Of a stretch of 64,000 nt of DNA, positions 63,075-64,000 are shown piece after piece. Origin of the DNA: an uncultured bacterium. Lineage in GTDB: Bacteria > SAR324 > NAC60-12. The stretch covers positions 32,001-96,000 of the forward strand of contig CBFIJD010000003.1 of assembly GCA_965662845.1 (NCBI GenBank). The letters run 5' to 3'. Below the pieces are notes generated by a model. It ran no database searches, was not told where the DNA came from, and saw only the letters and a list, made by a program, of their open reading frames with translations. The number at the start of each line of letters is the position of its first letter. The stretch's first letter is position 1. A program made the position numbers and the translations under genes.

Positions 63075-64000
63075 ATGTGGCAAGACCAAGCACGTCAGGT
63101 CGCGCGAGGCATCCGGCGACGCGTCTTTGAACATTCCATGCGCAACAATGGCGGCTATCTCTCGCAAGCCTGCTCCGCCGCCGAGTCCTTAGCGACCCTC
63201 TACACGCACGCAATGAACCTTGGCCCGAGCGTCGCTCCACCGCTTCCGCTTCCCTTTGCCGGCGTGCCATCGGCGCAAAATCCGGACGCCTTTACGGGCG
63301 CAGGCTACCATGGCGCGAAGCATCCCGATCGCGACCGCTTCATCATCAGCCCAGCACACTACGCGCTCGTGATCTATGCTGCGCTGATTGAGGTCGGGCG
63401 CATGGCCCCCGCAGCCTTGGAGCTGTTCAACCAAGATGGCGGCTCGGTCGAGATGATCGGCGCTGAGCACTCTCCCGGCATGGAAGTCACGACCGGCTCT
63501 CTGGCGCAAGGGCTGAGCATGGCGATAGGAGTAGCGATGGCGCGGAAGCGACGAGGCGAGCAGGGGCGAGTGTGGGTCTATGCCAGCGACGGTGAGTTGC
63601 AAGAAGGACAGACGTGGGAAGCCTTCGCGAACCTGCACAGCCACAGAGTCGATAACCTGACGGTGTATTTCGATGTGAACTCCCAGCAGTGTGACGGCGC
63701 GATGTGCGACGTGCTGCAAATCGAGCCCATCGCGGAGAAACTCCGCTCCTTTGGTGCCGAAGTGGTCGAGATTGACGGACACAATCTCGATGAAATCGCC
63801 GCCGCCACAGCGCGCCGTCCCCAAGGCAAAGCCGTCGCGATCTTGGCGCACACCTCCCCTTATGAAGGCATGGACTTTTTGCGGCAGCGCTTCCCCCGTC
63901 TGCACTACGTGCGCTTCAAAAACCGCCAAGAACGAGACGAGCTTGAGGCGGCGATCCGCGCTCAACTATACCCAGACACATCTTCAGCGACAGCGGTGAC
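63075..64000 (+). CDS. Split transketolase-like ThDP enzyme, N-terminal subunit; runs off the window
   Basis: Not in the ORF track; manual translation from ATG 63075: MWQDQARQVARGIRRRVFEHSMRNNGGYLSQACS...DRDRFIISPAHYA...EVTTGSLAQG...SDGELQEGQTWEA...FDVNSQQCDG...IDGH. Confidence 0.88.
   Translation, partial: MWQDQARQVARGIRRRVFEHSMRNNGGYLSQACSAAESLATLYTHAMNLGPSVAPPLPLPFAGVPSAQNPDAFTGAGYHGAKHPDRDRFIISPAHYALVIYAALIEVGRMAPAALELFNQDGGSVEMIGAEHSPGMEVTTGSLAQGLSMAIGVAMARKRRGEQGRVWVYASDGELQEGQTWEAFANLHSHRVDNLTVYFDVNSQQCDGAMCDVLQIEPIAEKLRSFGAEVVEIDGHNLDEIAAATARRPQGKAVAILAHTSPYEGMDFLRQRFPRLHYVRFKNRQERDELEAAIRAQLYPDTSSATAV

Overview
Gene-dense, GC-rich bacterial chromosome window, mostly core genome. Gene content and style suggest a deltaproteobacteria-like lineage, possibly SAR324; this is inference only. 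No rRNA, tRNA, CRISPR array, transposase or prophage was seen. Core genes: rluA-family, a long glnD-like gene, ligA, lptF/G, gcvT-gcvH, rlmN, hemN, a uvrD/pcrA helicase, rimP-nusA-infB-rbfA-truB-rpsO-pnp and mutL. Most notable observations: (1) a GntR-linked mtnK-ABC transporter-mtnA cluster followed by a split transketolase N-subunit with altered catalytic His motifs instead of mtnB or an aldolase, a candidate new methylthioribose/5-deoxyribose catabolic route (truncated by the window end); (2) a LOV blue-light histidine kinase plus receiver, divergent from an atypical sigma54 activator lying upstream of photolyase-MFS; (3) a RomR-like acidic pseudo-receiver, a divergent Hfq-like gene and ligA in one apparent operon; (4) a MutL with eroded endonuclease motifs; (5) a cluster of three LPP20-like genes around a PDZ-less protease; (6) a DosP-type heme-PAS sensor at the left edge. 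All calls come from motif recognition by eye; no database searches were run.
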